From IMG/VR virus record IMGVR_UViG_3300022700_000138: a DNA stretch of 39,221 nucleotides; one strand, given 5' to 3'. Positions 28,233 to 37,804 of the stretch are shown here, piece by piece. The DNA is from an uncultured virus (IMG/VR IMGVR_UViG_3300022700_000138) (Duplodnaviria; Heunggongvirae; Uroviricota; Caudoviricetes). Every line of letters begins with the position of its first letter. The stretch's first letter is position 1. The position numbers and the translations under genes were made by a program. The notes beneath the pieces were generated by a model. That model did no database searches. It worked only from the letters and a program-made list of their open reading frames with translations, and had not been told where the DNA came from.

Positions 28233-29483
28233 ATGCCTACGCAGAAAACAAGAATAGGTGGTGGAAATCCGCCTGACGAACCACAGAACCTAGAAGACGA
28301 CTTTTCTGAGGTACTAGACACGCCAGATAACACACCGCCCCAAGAAGACGAAGATCTGGGAATACCAGAAATGTCCGATATGGCAGAGGACCCTACTGGA
28401 TACGCACCGCCTACCAGTCCCGTTACCCACGCTGGCCGGCAAATGCGGCCTATGGAATCACAACACCTAAAAGAGGCGCACGAGCGCTATGCAGGTAAAA
28501 ACGTTCGAATGACCGGTGAACACGTACGTGATGATCCGGCACATTTTGAAACCACGCCACAGCCACCTCGACCAGATAATGACGTGGCTGCCCAGGCCCG
28601 TAACATAATGCCCCAAGCTTTTCAAACGCAGCAACAACCGCACCAGCCTAACAGACACTCCAGCCCAACTTCGCCGCACGCTACCAATGCGGCCCAACCT
28701 AGCTCAGAACTGGCAGCCGCAAGTCAATTGCAAACGGAAGCAGAAACACAAGAAGCTGCTAATAATTACGAGTACCTGTTGGAAGCGTTGGCGTACGCTG
28801 AAGACGCTGGCGACATAAAAGCGATTGCCTACATCAAATCTATGCTGAATCGTCTCGAAAAGGAATTCAGTATAGAGGAAGAGATAGACAAGAGGGAACG
28901 TCACCCTGTACTCCAAAAGTTCTTATCCAATCTCGGTATCGAGCGGATAAAACCTGCGGAGCGGGAATGGGCTGGGACAAAGTGGATGTTTTATCCTGTT
29001 CCGCCAAGAATTGATAGGTGGGTCAACGCGACCATTGAAGATTCGTACAATGTCGCCGCCGTAGAAATTGCAGCTACTGTGGTTGGTCTCGATGGTGTAC
29101 CACTTTTCGAGGTACTAAATATTCCTGTAAGGAAAAAGCATAAGGTAGCAGCTAAAGAGGGTACAGGCTCTTCTGAAGTATCGGTTACTTTATATAGTAA
29201 GAAATGTGATTGTGGTAAGCTTATCGACGCAGACGCGGAGGAATGTAGTCGCTGCGGAGCAAAGAATGATAAGTTCGACATGCCGCCTGAACTAAGATTA
29301 CTATGCACCCAACAGTTCTACGACATCCTGGATAGCAAGTTTGGTCCTTACGAAGAACTACATCAACTTGTTGAAATAAAGGACAGTGCTCTAAAGAGCC
29401 GTAGATTCGATAAGGAGGATCTGTACGGCCCTTTCTTAACAAGCTTACAGAGTGGGTCGAGCGAGCCTGGGAAGACCCCCTAA
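28233..29483 (+). CDS. tail assembly chaperone (lambda G analog)
   Basis: Between tube and tape measure; ends over a slippery site; AGGAG RBS. Confidence 0.7.
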   Translation: MPTQKTRIGGGNPPDEPQNLEDDFSEVLDTPDNTPPQEDEDLGIPEMSDMAEDPTGYAPPTSPVTHAGRQMRPMESQHLKEAHERYAGKNVRMTGEHVRDDPAHFETTPQPPRPDNDVAAQARNIMPQAFQTQQQPHQPNRHSSPTSPHATNAAQPSSELAAASQLQTEAETQEAANNYEYLLEALAYAEDAGDIKAIAYIKSMLNRLEKEFSIEEEIDKRERHPVLQKFLSNLGIERIKPAEREWAGTKWMFYPVPPRIDRWVNATIEDSYNVAAVEIAATVVGLDGVPLFEVLNIPVRKKHKVAAKEGTGSSEVSVTLYSKKCDCGKLIDADAEECSRCGAKNDKFDMPPELRLLCTQQFYDILDSKFGPYEELHQLVEIKDSALKSRRFDKEDLYGPFLTSLQSGSSEPGKTP

Positions 29484-29920
29484 TACAAATATGGGGTAAG
29501 GTAATTACCAGAAACGGGCTGTTACCAACAGACCCAAAAGCTATCCAGCTCTGGCATAACCCCACTGCGCTATTCTTCGCAGATAAATGTCAGCAGGAGG
29601 TAGAAGCCGAGAAACTGGAAGAGCTTTCAAAGATACTCGGCGTTATATGGACCCGAGAAGATGTAGAAGACACCGAAGGTGCAAAGACGCCTCCAGACCG
29701 TATATTTATCCCACTTGCCAATATACTTAAACCCGAAATACGTGACAGTATCAAAAAGATGTTTGGAAGCTCTCAAGGAATTGAACCTCCAAGTTGGGCC
29801 AAGGATACTGAGCTGGTTAATCTTGGTGGTCTGGATAGCTCCAGAGACAACTTCCTGCAGTTTGTACGGCAATTTGTTGCGCCAAAAATGCCAATGGCAC
29901 CAAGGGAACCTAGCCGGTGA
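29429..29920 (+). CDS. -1 frameshift extension of the chaperone (lambda GT analog)
   Basis: 163-codon open -1 frame without an early ATG; begins at C-CCT-TTC. Confidence 0.8.
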   Translation, partial: PFLNKLTEWVERAWEDPLIQIWGKVITRNGLLPTDPKAIQLWHNPTALFFADKCQQEVEAEKLEELSKILGVIWTREDVEDTEGAKTPPDRIFIPLANILKPEIRDSIKKMFGSSQGIEPPSWAKDTELVNLGGLDSSRDNFLQFVRQFVAPKMPMAPREPSR

Positions 29921-29935
29921 TCGGAGTAGGCAATC

Positions 29936-32900
29936 ATGGCTAATGGAGAAGGAAGAGGAGGGGGCGCAGGAGATGTGTTCTCGGACAAAAAACAAGCTCT
30001 ACAAGAAAATGCTAGGGCTACGGAAGAAGCGAACAAATCCACTTCTCAATATTCCGAGACGCAAGAGGAGCTGACGCGATCTGTAACCGCTAATGTAGAC
30101 GCACTTAAACATTATAAGCAGGCTATAGAAGAAAACGAATCAGTACTTTCTGGCATAGTTGCTAAAAGTAAAGAGTGGCTCAAACAACAAACAAGTCTTA
30201 GAGGTGCGCTTAGCGGCGTAACGAACGAGTTAAACGCGCTTACTATACTCCAAAAGAGATATCATGCCAGATTAGAAGAGCTAGGGCGCTCGCAAAAAGA
30301 GTTCAATGCATCACTATTCCAGTCTAGTAAAAGTATTGAACAATCCCGCAAGAGACATGACGCATACTTAAAAACGATAAAACAAGGACATATTGATGCT
30401 ATAGCACTGGCTAATAAATACAATTTGTCTATGGACGAAACCAAAAAGATGACGGAGGAGTTAACTGGAGCGTTTGCGAATCAAATACAATCCTATGGAG
30501 ATCAGAGCAAAGCGCTCAAAGGATTACAGGAACAGACTCTGGTATTCTCGAAGGTAATGGGAGTAGATACCTCTAGGTCTATACAATTCATGCGGCAGCA
30601 GTTAGAAGCTAGTGGACGTACGCTAGATGAGGTGCAAAACCTTACCAAGGCCGCCGCAATTGCGGCGGACAGCTACGCTAAATGGTTGGATACACTTGGC
30701 GACAAATCAAAAAGAGTGGCTAGAGTTACCAAAGAAGACCTACTTGACGCAATCCAAAAAGCGACCGATGCCTACAGTAAAGGCAAGGTGGAGATGGAGG
30801 GATTTATAGCTATACAAGATAATTTAATAAAGGGTTTTGAAAAGGCAGGAATTAATGCAAGAGACGCCAAGAAAATAATGGGGGAATTTGGTACCGCTCT
30901 GGCAAATCTGCAAGATGATGAGTTGCAGCAATACTTGTCAATTGATGCTCTTGAGCAGGCAATGCAGTATGCAATGCAGTATGGAGATGAAACACTAAAG
31001 AGGCGTATACAAACTGCAGAGAGAATACGTACTGGGCGGGGCGAGGAAAGAAGTAGCCCACTTGCAATGCGTAGGATGCTAGGAGCACTAAAGGGTAGCG
31101 CAGCTATGCAAGTAGCAGTAATGCAGAGCTTGAATAAGATGCCTGAGCAGCTCAGGACAGAATTTTTGAAACAGGCTGGTGTTGAGGGACAATTCAGCGT
31201 TGACGTACTTTTGGAACAGCTCGCCCCTGGTTCAGAAGCCATGAAAGAGATGAAAGAGGCTATGCAAACTCAAGCAGATAAAGATGCTGCTGCCAAAGGA
31301 GAGCAGAAGAGTGCTTGGGATCAGATGATTGCTACTACGAAGGCGGGGCACGAGACTCAACAATCCGAGTATCAAGTTGCAGTAGAAATAAGAAACCAAA
31401 TGCAGAATCTTCATAGTCTTCTGCACCTTACACAGTATGGTATAATGACCGCTATTGGCGCCGCTGCAATTGGTGGAATTGCACGCGCTGTTGGCGGAAA
31501 GCTCGTGCGCCGTGCCGCAGGTAGAGCGATTACACGCAGAGCAGTAACAAGTACCGCAAGACGCACCGCAACTAGCGGCGTTGTTAGGGGGGCAGGAAGA
31601 AGCGCTCTACTAAGAACCGGAGCAAAAACCGTTGGTGGTACAGCATTGGCTGCGGGCGGGGCGTACGGAGTGTCTGAGGCGATACCTGGCGCGGTATCAG
31701 CGGCTGGATCTACTGCCGAAAAGAGGGCTGTTGCGGGGACGGTATCGCTTACAGGTGAACAGTTCGCTAAGGTTGCTGGGAAAGAAACCGCTGAAAAAGG
31801 TATAATGAAGCGGTTGAGCAAAAAGGTTATGCAAAGCGGCGCGGTGAAGCTCGCAGGCCGCGGCGCATCCCGCGCCATTCCAATTATTGGTACTGCTCTT
31901 GCCGCTTACGATGCTTACCAGCTCATCGAACATGCTGGAGGAGCCATCGCTGCTAGCCTCGATAAAGAAGCTGGTGCTATCATGCGTCGGAGCAAAGACA
32001 CAACCTTAAGTGGTTGGTTCGGCGCTCAGGCGGCTAAGACCAGTGAGGATGCAGGAACCATGTTTGCTGATACTGTCATGTCGATGGTATCACCATTATC
32101 TGTTCGAGGCGAAAGGAAAAAGATCGGCGGCGCATATCGAGCCGATGCCCCAAAGTGGATCGATAAGATCTCCAACGAAGAAATGAATGTTCGTCTTAGA
32201 ACATTAGAAACCAGAAAAGAACAGTTAACCGCTTTAAAGAAGCGACAAGAACAAATTAAAAAATTTACGTTGGAAGAGGATGAGGTGCTAAATGAGAAAA
32301 TCAATACTATCGAAAAGGGTATAAAACAAGACGAAAAGATAATAGACCTAAAGCGGCAGGTGATCGATGTGGATGAGAAGGCCAGTAAAAGCTCCGCAAT
32401 AATGGAAGGCCGCAAAGGTTTAACCGGTCTTATGAAAAAGGTGAGGGAAAGCGGCGGTAAGTTAACCCCAGAAAAACTGGCTAAACTTTCACAAGAGTTC
32501 TTCGGGGATACTGGGCGCTTGATGGCCAGGAAGGGGTTCGGGCAAGATGTGTTAAAAGAGCTGCTCACTGGCCGATTTGGTAAAGGTGAAGAACTACGCG
32601 CGTTGGCTGCAGAGCATGGTATGGACTATGAAACGTTCCAGAAAGTAATGGGCCAGCAGCTAACACAAGCGCAACTTGGTCAGCAGGGCTATCTTAGAAG
32701 GGGTATAATGGCCGTCGGTTACACTCCCGAGGAGAGACGGGCGTCGATGAAAAAGGGACGGTTGTCAAAAGAAGAGGCGCGTAAGTTGTCCACCAAAGAA
32801 GTGGCGGCTAAGTGGCTTCAACTTAAGAAAGCTGGCGTGGTAGGACAAAAGACCCTGCACTCTCCCTGGATAAACGTGGCCACGGAAGACATCAAAGCTG

Positions 32901-33112
32901 CTTCTAAAGGAGCAGGTATTTCACTAACCCCAGAAGTCTCATTCGCTGATACGGGAAGTGCAGACCTACCGCAAGAAGTGCAATCAGACCCCGCCACGGG
33001 CGTACTGTCTTTCAAGGTTCCATTTTTCGAGCAGACGGTTACGCTACGTAGCGCTGGGCTCTCCAAAGCCGTCACAGCAGACCAATACAACATGAGTGAC
33101 AAACATCGGTAA
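29936..33112 (+). CDS. tape measure protein
   Basis: 1058 aa helical A/K/E-rich with Gly/Ala hydrophobic segments; follows chaperone. Confidence 0.85.
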   Translation: MANGEGRGGGAGDVFSDKKQALQENARATEEANKSTSQYSETQEELTRSVTANVDALKHYKQAIEENESVLSGIVAKSKEWLKQQTSLRGALSGVTNELNALTILQKRYHARLEELGRSQKEFNASLFQSSKSIEQSRKRHDAYLKTIKQGHIDAIALANKYNLSMDETKKMTEELTGAFANQIQSYGDQSKALKGLQEQTLVFSKVMGVDTSRSIQFMRQQLEASGRTLDEVQNLTKAAAIAADSYAKWLDTLGDKSKRVARVTKEDLLDAIQKATDAYSKGKVEMEGFIAIQDNLIKGFEKAGINARDAKKIMGEFGTALANLQDDELQQYLSIDALEQAMQYAMQYGDETLKRRIQTAERIRTGRGEERSSPLAMRRMLGALKGSAAMQVAVMQSLNKMPEQLRTEFLKQAGVEGQFSVDVLLEQLAPGSEAMKEMKEAMQTQADKDAAAKGEQKSAWDQMIATTKAGHETQQSEYQVAVEIRNQMQNLHSLLHLTQYGIMTAIGAAAIGGIARAVGGKLVRRAAGRAITRRAVTSTARRTATSGVVRGAGRSALLRTGAKTVGGTALAAGGAYGVSEAIPGAVSAAGSTAEKRAVAGTVSLTGEQFAKVAGKETAEKGIMKRLSKKVMQSGAVKLAGRGASRAIPIIGTALAAYDAYQLIEHAGGAIAASLDKEAGAIMRRSKDTTLSGWFGAQAAKTSEDAGTMFADTVMSMVSPLSVRGERKKIGGAYRADAPKWIDKISNEEMNVRLRTLETRKEQLTALKKRQEQIKKFTLEEDEVLNEKINTIEKGIKQDEKIIDLKRQVIDVDEKASKSSAIMEGRKGLTGLMKKVRESGGKLTPEKLAKLSQEFFGDTGRLMARKGFGQDVLKELLTGRFGKGEELRALAAEHGMDYETFQKVMGQQLTQAQLGQQGYLRRGIMAVGYTPEERRASMKKGRLSKEEARKLSTKEVAAKWLQLKKAGVVGQKTLHSPWINVATEDIKAASKGAGISLTPEVSFADTGSADLPQEVQSDPATGVLSFKVPFFEQTVTLRSAGLSKAVTADQYNMSDKHR

Positions 33113-33126
33113 ACCTGGAGGAAAAG

Positions 33127-33357
33127 ATGAGTAAAAGACTGATGAAAGCGATCGCTGAAGGAAAAGTAGTAGTACGCAGTAAAATACCTGGAGAGCTACA
33201 CATAACGGTACCCAGTGACACTCCTGGAAAGCGACGAAGTATTCTAATACCGCCGTATGCCATAATGGAGATAGCCCCAAAGTACGTAGAAGCTTCTTTA
33301 TTACGAAACAGTAACATCCAAAGTCGGGCTGAAAACGGTGACCTGGTGGTACTGTAG
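33127..33357 (+). CDS. hypothetical protein
   Basis: GGAGG RBS. Confidence 0.7.
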   Translation: MSKRLMKAIAEGKVVVRSKIPGELHITVPSDTPGKRRSILIPPYAIMEIAPKYVEASLLRNSNIQSRAENGDLVVL

Positions 33358-33383
33358 CACAATACGGCCAGGATCAGCACAAA

Positions 33384-33986
33384 ATGCCCAAAGACTACAT
33401 ACAAACCGCCAACTGTCACGTACATGGTGGTGATCAAATTGATACCAGGTTGCTACACGAACATCATATAGTACCACGCGGGTATGGAGGAGAGGACACG
33501 TCCACAAATACGGTTTGGTTGTGCGGAAGCTGCCATGACATAATACACCGCATGGCGCATTGGATAAACACAAAAAAGACCGGGCTGGCCAAAGACCTGG
33601 CTATGCAGTATATTCCACGCCGTCCGGCGGCTAGAGACCGGTTATTTGAGCTTGCTCAAACCGTAGCTAAAGCTATGACAGAGTTCTCACCGGAAATAGG
33701 TGAGCTGGACGACGAGGACGACCTGGTTATTGTTCAACTGCACATCCCGGCTTCTCTTCATAGGAAACTGAAAACGTTAGCATCAAATTATAAACACTCC
33801 AATAGTGGCAGAAAGATGGGATTGTACAAATATATCACAAATGTGCTACGGAATCATGTCCGTGTTGCGACTTATCAGCCCACTGTAAACACCGAGTCAG
33901 AGTTATATGGGGTCAAGGAGAACGAGGAACCAGAAAAAACAAACATGGTACGTGGTCGGCCCCAAAGAATGGTAGACTTGACTTAG
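33384..33986 (+). CDS. HNH-domain protein with possible C-terminal ribbon-helix-helix
   Basis: HHIVP..YGG.D...N..WLC.SCH..IH; VQLHIPASLHRKLK. Confidence 0.75.
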   Translation: MPKDYIQTANCHVHGGDQIDTRLLHEHHIVPRGYGGEDTSTNTVWLCGSCHDIIHRMAHWINTKKTGLAKDLAMQYIPRRPAARDRLFELAQTVAKAMTEFSPEIGELDDEDDLVIVQLHIPASLHRKLKTLASNYKHSNSGRKMGLYKYITNVLRNHVRVATYQPTVNTESELYGVKENEEPEKTNMVRGRPQRMVDLT

Positions 33987-34027
33987 CGCTCTCTATACAA
34001 AATTATATTGCGCTCTCTATACAAAAT
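33986..34027 (+). repeat. 18-bp direct repeat x2 (GCGCTCTCTATACAAAAT)
   Basis: 33986-34003 and 34010-34027; core CTCTATACAAAA recurs at 39181. Confidence 0.85.
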
Positions 34028-34039
34028 CGGGTTAGTAAT

Positions 34040-34702
34040 ATGACTTCCAGCTTGCTCACCGTCGTAATGGCCGCTACGTTCCTTGCCGCCCCTTATCCGA
34101 AAAACTTGCGGGGCCTGCCGTATCAGGATTTGCGGTTGCTGGGCAAATCACATAGGTTATACTGGACGTTTGATGACCATCCAGTCCCAAGAACACCTAA
34201 GTTTTTAGCGATACTTAGAAAACACAAAATTAAAGGGACGTTTTTCGTAGTAGGTTATCCGTTATATGCGTATTACGTGACGCCTCTATACAAACCTGCC
34301 GAGCACCGTTTGTACTCAATTTTACGTATGGTGAAAGACGGGCATACGCTTGGAAATCACTCGATTACCCACCGTAGACTGTGCCGTTTACCGCAGTATA
34401 AAGTCAACTGGGAAATCGAATACACACAACGTCTTGTAAAGATGGCAACCGGAATTACGATGGCTCATTGGCGCCCCCCGCATGGCCATCGGTGCCCACG
34501 TATAGCGAGAGCTGTCAAGAACAATAATCTAACGACCGTAATGTGGAATGTAGACGACTACCGACGCCCGGTCAGTAAAATCATCAGGGAAGTACTCGCC
34601 CGAGTCCGTAGCAATTTCAAGTACACTGTACTATTATTTCATATAAATCCCGCCAAGTTGCATAGGTTTATCCTACGGCTCAAAAGCTACCAGACCCCAT
34701 GA
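34040..34702 (+). CDS. polysaccharide deacetylase (NodB/CE4 family) with signal peptide
   Basis: TFDD, GNHSITH, RPPHG, WNVD, LLFH motifs. Confidence 0.9.
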   Translation: MTSSLLTVVMAATFLAAPYPKNLRGLPYQDLRLLGKSHRLYWTFDDHPVPRTPKFLAILRKHKIKGTFFVVGYPLYAYYVTPLYKPAEHRLYSILRMVKDGHTLGNHSITHRRLCRLPQYKVNWEIEYTQRLVKMATGITMAHWRPPHGHRCPRIARAVKNNNLTTVMWNVDDYRRPVSKIIREVLARVRSNFKYTVLLFHINPAKLHRFILRLKSYQTP

Positions 34703-34777
34703 ATCCATTAAATTTTCTGTGCTGCTTGACTCCGAACCCGAACAGACTTAATGTAGGGTTAACGAACGGAGGTTTTC

Positions 34778-36190
34778 ATGCAGCACCGAATCGATCCATG
34801 GGAAACCAAAGCCTGTAAAATTTTCAAAAATGCTGTGGTACACAAGGTCCTGGCGCGTACGGCCGGGCTCCCACGCCTACCACAATACGTGGTGGAGTAC
34901 CTGGTAGCAAACCACGTCGACGCACGTAATCCCCAAAAAGATCTTAACAAGGTTCGAGAGCGCGTAGCAGAGGTTCTGCCCGAAGCCGAAAAGCGTGAGC
35001 TTTTCAAGGCGGAGCTAGTAAACAAGGGCAAAATCCTAGTATTCGACAAAATGGACGGTCACGTAGACATGAAGTCTGGGGAGTTCCTCGGTACACTAAC
35101 ATACCTCGGTTTGCAGGGTGTTACGGTACCGAAAAAGATGGTAAAACGAATTCCCCGACTGCTCACAGGTGGTGCGTGGGGCGCCATCGAACTACGGTAC
35201 TACCCTGGACAAGGCAAGAAAAAGGGAGTCACCGAAGCCTATGCAATGACTGCGTTCCAACAGGATGCAGCACTACGTAAGTACGTCAAGAATCGTAAGC
35301 ATTTCACTACGGATGAATGGGTAGACCTACTCCTGTCCTCTGTTGGGTATGCCCCAAATGCGTACACGGATTTTCGGACGAAGTTGCTTCTACTCTTGCG
35401 CTTGCTTCCGGCTGTGGAGCCAAACTACAATAGCGTAGAACTTGGACCCCGACAAACGGGAAAGACGTACCTCCTACGAAACTTCAGCCCCTCTGTCTAC
35501 ACAGCGTCGGGCGCACAAGTCACGGCCGCCAACCTATTCGCTAATGCAGCAACTGGAATGCTGGGTGTAATCGGTACTTACAAGATTGTAGTGCTAGATG
35601 AGATCGCCCACACCAGGTTCGATGGTCCGTCAACAGTGTCGGCTATGAAAGACTACATGGAATCTGGACAATTTGCGCGTGGTGGTCGGACCTACTCGTC
35701 AGATTCCAGCATCGTGCTGGCTGGTAACTTGGACGTGGCCGGGATGCAACCTTCCAGTATGTACCGCCACCTGTTCGAGCCATTGCCTAACGATTTGGAT
35801 GACACCGCATTTCTGGATCGGATCCATGCTTATCTTCCCGGTTGGGAGATTCCTAAAATCACCGCGGAGTCTATCAGTACTGGATATGGTTTATCGGTCG
35901 ACTACCTGAGCCAGATCCTCCAAAACTTGCGAGATCGGGACTTCAGACATACTTGCTATGAGCTGGACATGCAACAGTTTATACCATATGCGACCCATCG
36001 GGATGTCGTAGCTGTGGAAAAGACAGTATCGGGGCTCATGAAACTGCTATACCCAGACGGTGAGTACACACGGCAAGAACTGGCGCAGGTATTGGGGTTT
36101 GCGGCAGAACACAGACAGCGTGTTACAGAGCAGTTAGCGGAGATGTCCCCTGGTGAATTTCAAAAATACAGACGGAGCACCGCTTCGTGA
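34778..36190 (+). CDS. brxL: BrxL-like AAA+ ATPase lacking the Lon-like C-terminal domain
   Basis: LLTGG.WG, ELGPRQTGKT, LDEIA, MKDYMESG.F.RG, DTAFLDRIH.Y.PGWEIPK. Confidence 0.85.
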   Translation: MQHRIDPWETKACKIFKNAVVHKVLARTAGLPRLPQYVVEYLVANHVDARNPQKDLNKVRERVAEVLPEAEKRELFKAELVNKGKILVFDKMDGHVDMKSGEFLGTLTYLGLQGVTVPKKMVKRIPRLLTGGAWGAIELRYYPGQGKKKGVTEAYAMTAFQQDAALRKYVKNRKHFTTDEWVDLLLSSVGYAPNAYTDFRTKLLLLLRLLPAVEPNYNSVELGPRQTGKTYLLRNFSPSVYTASGAQVTAANLFANAATGMLGVIGTYKIVVLDEIAHTRFDGPSTVSAMKDYMESGQFARGGRTYSSDSSIVLAGNLDVAGMQPSSMYRHLFEPLPNDLDDTAFLDRIHAYLPGWEIPKITAESISTGYGLSVDYLSQILQNLRDRDFRHTCYELDMQQFIPYATHRDVVAVEKTVSGLMKLLYPDGEYTRQELAQVLGFAAEHRQRVTEQLAEMSPGEFQKYRRSTAS

Positions 36191-36203
36191 AAGGAGCGCT
36201 AAA

Positions 36204-36728
36204 ATGACAGAGTACCTCGACATGAGTACCTTACACCGCAAGGAAGCGATCCGGGCATTTTGCTTCGATTGCTGTTCAGATATGATTGACGGTAACGTCG
36301 ACTGTCGTGTTTACACCTGCCCTTTCTACGCCTTCCAGCCCTACGCCAAAGGCAAAGCCAATCTGGTGTGGGTTGAAGACGGCAGATTTCAGTGGGTGGT
36401 TAAGGGTGACGCACCTAGCGTAAAGGGTAAGATCGGAAAGGGCGGCCGGCCTTCACGCCGGATTGCCTGTGATGCTAAGTGCTGCGATTGCATGGCCAAG
36501 ACCAAGCAGGATTGTCAGATTGTCGGCTGTCCCATCTATAAATGGATGCGGTATCGAAAGTTGGATCCCGACATTACCTGGCGGATCGAGGGATCACACT
36601 TACAGAAAAACCGGAAGAAACTTCGACGTGACTACCGCCGCGCCGTGCTTACCGCGCGCGCCAACGCCAAGGGTATGCCAGTCAACGATCATTCTGACGG
36701 ATGGGAAGATGGGTGGGAAGATGCCTAA
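36204..36728 (+). CDS. hypothetical protein with duplicated Cys-rich module
   Basis: AFCFDCC..C....CPFY and AKCCDC..C....CPIY; AGGAG RBS. Confidence 0.7.
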   Translation: MTEYLDMSTLHRKEAIRAFCFDCCSDMIDGNVDCRVYTCPFYAFQPYAKGKANLVWVEDGRFQWVVKGDAPSVKGKIGKGGRPSRRIACDAKCCDCMAKTKQDCQIVGCPIYKWMRYRKLDPDITWRIEGSHLQKNRKKLRRDYRRAVLTARANAKGMPVNDHSDGWEDGWEDA

Positions 36729-37038
36729 TCTAAAACCTGTACTGATGCTTACAGATAATCAGATGCTAGCATCCAGTACGCAAGGGGATCAATACTACCT
36801 GGTGGACGAAAACGGTAGATCCGAAAAGATCCCATTGGAACGTGCCTGTAAAATTTACCTGGACAACAAAGATCGACCTGGATCCGAGCCCCCCGATTCA
36901 CCACCTGAAACGGACCCTAGTATGCCAGAATGGCGACGTAAATTGAACGAGACCCTGGGGATCGCAAACCGAGCTATCAACGCGCGTAGAGTAGATCCTC
37001 CGCAAGATCTCGAAGACGACCTGCCCGAATACGACTAG
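36721..37038 (+). CDS. hypothetical protein
   Basis: ATG overlapping the end of the upstream gene. Confidence 0.6.
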   Translation: MPNLKPVLMLTDNQMLASSTQGDQYYLVDENGRSEKIPLERACKIYLDNKDRPGSEPPDSPPETDPSMPEWRRKLNETLGIANRAINARRVDPPQDLEDDLPEYD

Positions 37039-37127
37039 CCCTCTAATCTCGTCCTGACTTCCTGTTTCCCCTCTTCCACTGTAAACCTTGCTATGTAGAG
37101 TCAATCCTACAACGCAAGGAGAAAACC

Positions 37128-37760
37128 ATGAAGTACACGGATTATGGGCCGTTTGAGGCCATCAAAAAATATGATGAAGCGTCCGCCACACAGTGCCGTT
37201 TAGCGGACATCCCGAAAGAATATCCTGTCCCGGATATAAAAAAGTTTGAAGAAACTCGTATGTTTGTAATTGATTTTTTTATTCACCCGCAACGCAGAGT
37301 CTTTGAAGAAAACTATCTATCCAAATTTGTAGACAAGCCCCTGTGGTATGCAATAAGTAGAAGTGTAGCAGAACAGATTGCGAGTAAACTGCTTCCCAGA
37401 GAGTTCTACCGTGTGCATGATGTCGAACTATTAAAAGACGATTACGGAATCCTCGCCACTATCGTAGTCCCAATCCATGGTGAGACTACGCAAGTAGATT
37501 GGTCATGGGTTTATCCGCATTGGGCGCAACTGGTCAGAAACTACCACAAGTTGCGCAATACAGCACGTTGGACCAAAAAGATGCTTGAATGGGAAGTCCA
37601 ACGTTACGGGGCTGTCCCAATTGTAGCAGTTAATCCTAGCGATCAAAAAAGGATGGCAATGGTCGCAGAAGATTTTTGTCTCACTAATGGATTCGACCCA
37701 GTGTGGGAAGTCTATCATTGGCCGAAACTGAGCGAAGAATTTGCTAGATACGCTTCTTGA
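37128..37760 (+). CDS. hypothetical protein
   Basis: AGGAG RBS. Confidence 0.75.
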   Translation: MKYTDYGPFEAIKKYDEASATQCRLADIPKEYPVPDIKKFEETRMFVIDFFIHPQRRVFEENYLSKFVDKPLWYAISRSVAEQIASKLLPREFYRVHDVELLKDDYGILATIVVPIHGETTQVDWSWVYPHWAQLVRNYHKLRNTARWTKKMLEWEVQRYGAVPIVAVNPSDQKRMAMVAEDFCLTNGFDPVWEVYHWPKLSEEFARYAS

Positions 37761-37804
37761 CTCTTTGTATCACCTGTTTATATTTGGGGGAACGGAGGTA
37801 CACT

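Noticed and set aside
29679..30074. 131-aa ORF overlapping the tape measure start
   Set aside because: Shadow frame; the coding frame here is the -1 extension 29429-29920
20875..33102. Minus-strand ORFs inside tail genes
   Set aside because: Antisense shadows without RBS or recognisable motifs
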